Below are positions 62,841-64,000 of a stretch of DNA of 64,000 nucleotides, piece by piece. The position numbers and the translations under genes were made by a program. Positions within the stretch are counted from its first letter, which is position 1. Every line of letters begins with the position of its first letter. The notes beneath the pieces were generated by a model that made no database searches, had not been told where the DNA came from, and worked only from the letters and a program-made list of their open reading frames with translations. Origin of the DNA: a virus (Duplodnaviria > Heunggongvirae > Uroviricota > Caudoviricetes); the IMG/VR virus record IMGVR_UViG_3300028610_000968; one strand, 5' to 3'.

Positions 62841-64000
62841 CTACTCTCTCACCAATGTTCCACATTGTCTACACTCTGCTATATTATAATTTATAGCTCC
62901 GTACCCAACATCATTCTGTGACATTATCCTCACCACAGACATTACTGCTTCTGGGTTGTCCATTGGACTTGTATCAAACTCAATGTAAGATATATGTCCG
63001 CCGTTACAGTACTTGTGGAATCTCCCTTCCACTCTCATTTTGTCTACTATGGAAATCTTATGGTCTACTGGTACGTGGAAACTATTAGTATAGTATCCTT
63101 TATCAGTAATCCCTTTAATTTCACCAAACTTTTCCTTATCAATATTAGCGAATCTACCAGCAGTTGACTCAGCTGGTGTAGCCATTAACGAAAAGTTTAA
63201 ATTATATTTATCAGAGTAACCATCAATGTTTTTTCTCATATGTTTCACCACATGTTCAGCCATCTCTAAAGCGCCTTCATCTTCTCCGTGATGCTTGCCC
63301 ATCAAGAGTTTAACAGCCTCAGCCAAACCGACAAACCCCATTGACTGAGTGCCATTCTTCAAAGCTTCTCTAATCTCATCGTTGGGATTTAAATCTTCGC
63401 TGCCTTGATACAAATGCTGACCGAACATAAATGGAAAATCTTTCTTCTTCATTTTACTAACCATTTCAAATCTAAACGCAAGTTGTTCTGCTGCTAAATC
63501 CATAATTTTATCTAGTTGTTTATAAAAAAGTTCATCATTAAACAATCCTATAACTACTCTTGGTAAATTAATAGTAGTGAATGAAACATTACCTCTACCA
63601 CCCACAGTATTTTCACCAAATCTATTATTCAGTACTCTGGTTCTACAGCCCATATAACTTGCTTCATCAGCGTGGTCTATATTAAACGAAGCATCCATGA
63701 AACTATATGTGGGCCAAAATCTTCTGGCCGAGACTCTACAAGCTATCTCGAATAAATCGTAGTTAGGGTCTCCAGGTTCCATGTTGATACCCTTTTTCAA
63801 TCTAAACACTGTGTTGGGGAATATGAACGTTGTACCATCCATTCCCTTTTCCATCACATACAGTATACAAAGAGTTATTGCTCTCCCTAATTCTGTAGTA
63901 TCTGCTCCTATGTTAATAGAAGAAAATGGAACTTGTGCTCCAGCTCTAGAGTGCATTGAATTTAAATTATAAATGAATCCCTCTACACCTTGATACAGTT
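62841..64000 (-). CDS. nrdD: anaerobic ribonucleoside-triphosphate reductase NrdD, main catalytic body; partial (N-terminus beyond the window), ending just after the first zinc CxxC pair
   Basis: GRGNVSFTTINLPRVV is a class III RNR motif. It ends ...ECRQCGTLVRE then a stop. The reading frame stays open upstream of the annotated Met to the window edge. Confidence 0.75.
   Translation of the reverse strand, partial: LYQGVEGFIYNLNSMHSRAGAQVPFSSINIGADTTELGRAITLCILYVMEKGMDGTTFIFPNTVFRLKKGINMEPGDPNYDLFEIACRVSARRFWPTYSFMDASFNIDHADEASYMGCRTRVLNNRFGENTVGGRGNVSFTTINLPRVVIGLFNDELFYKQLDKIMDLAAEQLAFRFEMVSKMKKKDFPFMFGQHLYQGSEDLNPNDEIREALKNGTQSMGFVGLAEAVKLLMGKHHGEDEGALEMAEHVVKHMRKNIDGYSDKYNLNFSLMATPAESTAGRFANIDKEKFGEIKGITDKGYYTNSFHVPVDHKISIVDKMRVEGRFHKYCNGGHISYIEFDTSPMDNPEAVMSVVRIMSQNDVGYGAINYNIAECRQCGTLVRE

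Overview
This 64-kb window reads as a segment of a large virulent dsDNA phage of a low-GC Gram-positive (Bacillus-like) host. It is not a bacterial chromosome. Evidence seen in the sequence:
- Dense small ORFs with consensus GGAGG ribosome-binding sites, repeatedly GGAGGTGAACA-N2-3-ATG.
- Sigma-A-type -35/-10 promoters and four dispersed tRNA genes.
- GsiB-type KGG repeat proteins.
- A full replication/nucleotide-metabolism module.

Layout:
- Positions 1-47136 are transcribed on the + strand. These are early/accessory genes, mostly hypothetical, with many Zn-ribbon and small membrane proteins.
- Positions 47319-64000 are transcribed on the - strand and hold the replication module: DNA polymerase I, RecA, SSB, Hjc-like resolvase, Cas4-like nuclease, anaerobic ribonucleotide reductase NrdD/NrdG, nucleases, a dNMP nucleotidase, radical-SAM and VWA proteins.
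- The two blocks converge on a bidirectional intrinsic terminator near 47.17-47.20 kb.

Notable content:
1. An NAD+ salvage module (NadV, a bifunctional NMNAT-Nudix protein, an isochorismatase-family hydrolase and a GGCT-family enzyme), matching as I recall the recently described NARP2 phage anti-defence pathway.
2. Phage-encoded CoaD, an SPFH/prohibitin protein and an SNF2 helicase.
3. A roughly 7-kb array of about 20 small genes punctuated by nine copies of a structured repeat (TAGACTTTG, then a covarying stem-loop, then YTCTARGGARAGCCTAA). This region also looks more GC-rich than its flanks.
4. A cluster of predicted amidoligases (GCS2/YbdK-like, a Cys-rich glutamine-synthetase-like ligase, a RimK-like ATP-grasp) with a class-II glutamine amidotransferase and a protein carrying a poly-acidic tail. 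I regard this as the most likely undescribed biosynthetic or peptide-modification system in the window.
5. An NrdD gene that exists in pieces, its C-terminal glycyl-radical domain separated from the body by a 1.3-kb four-gene insertion.

Coordinates of features not in the ORF track were counted by hand and may be off by one to three nt.
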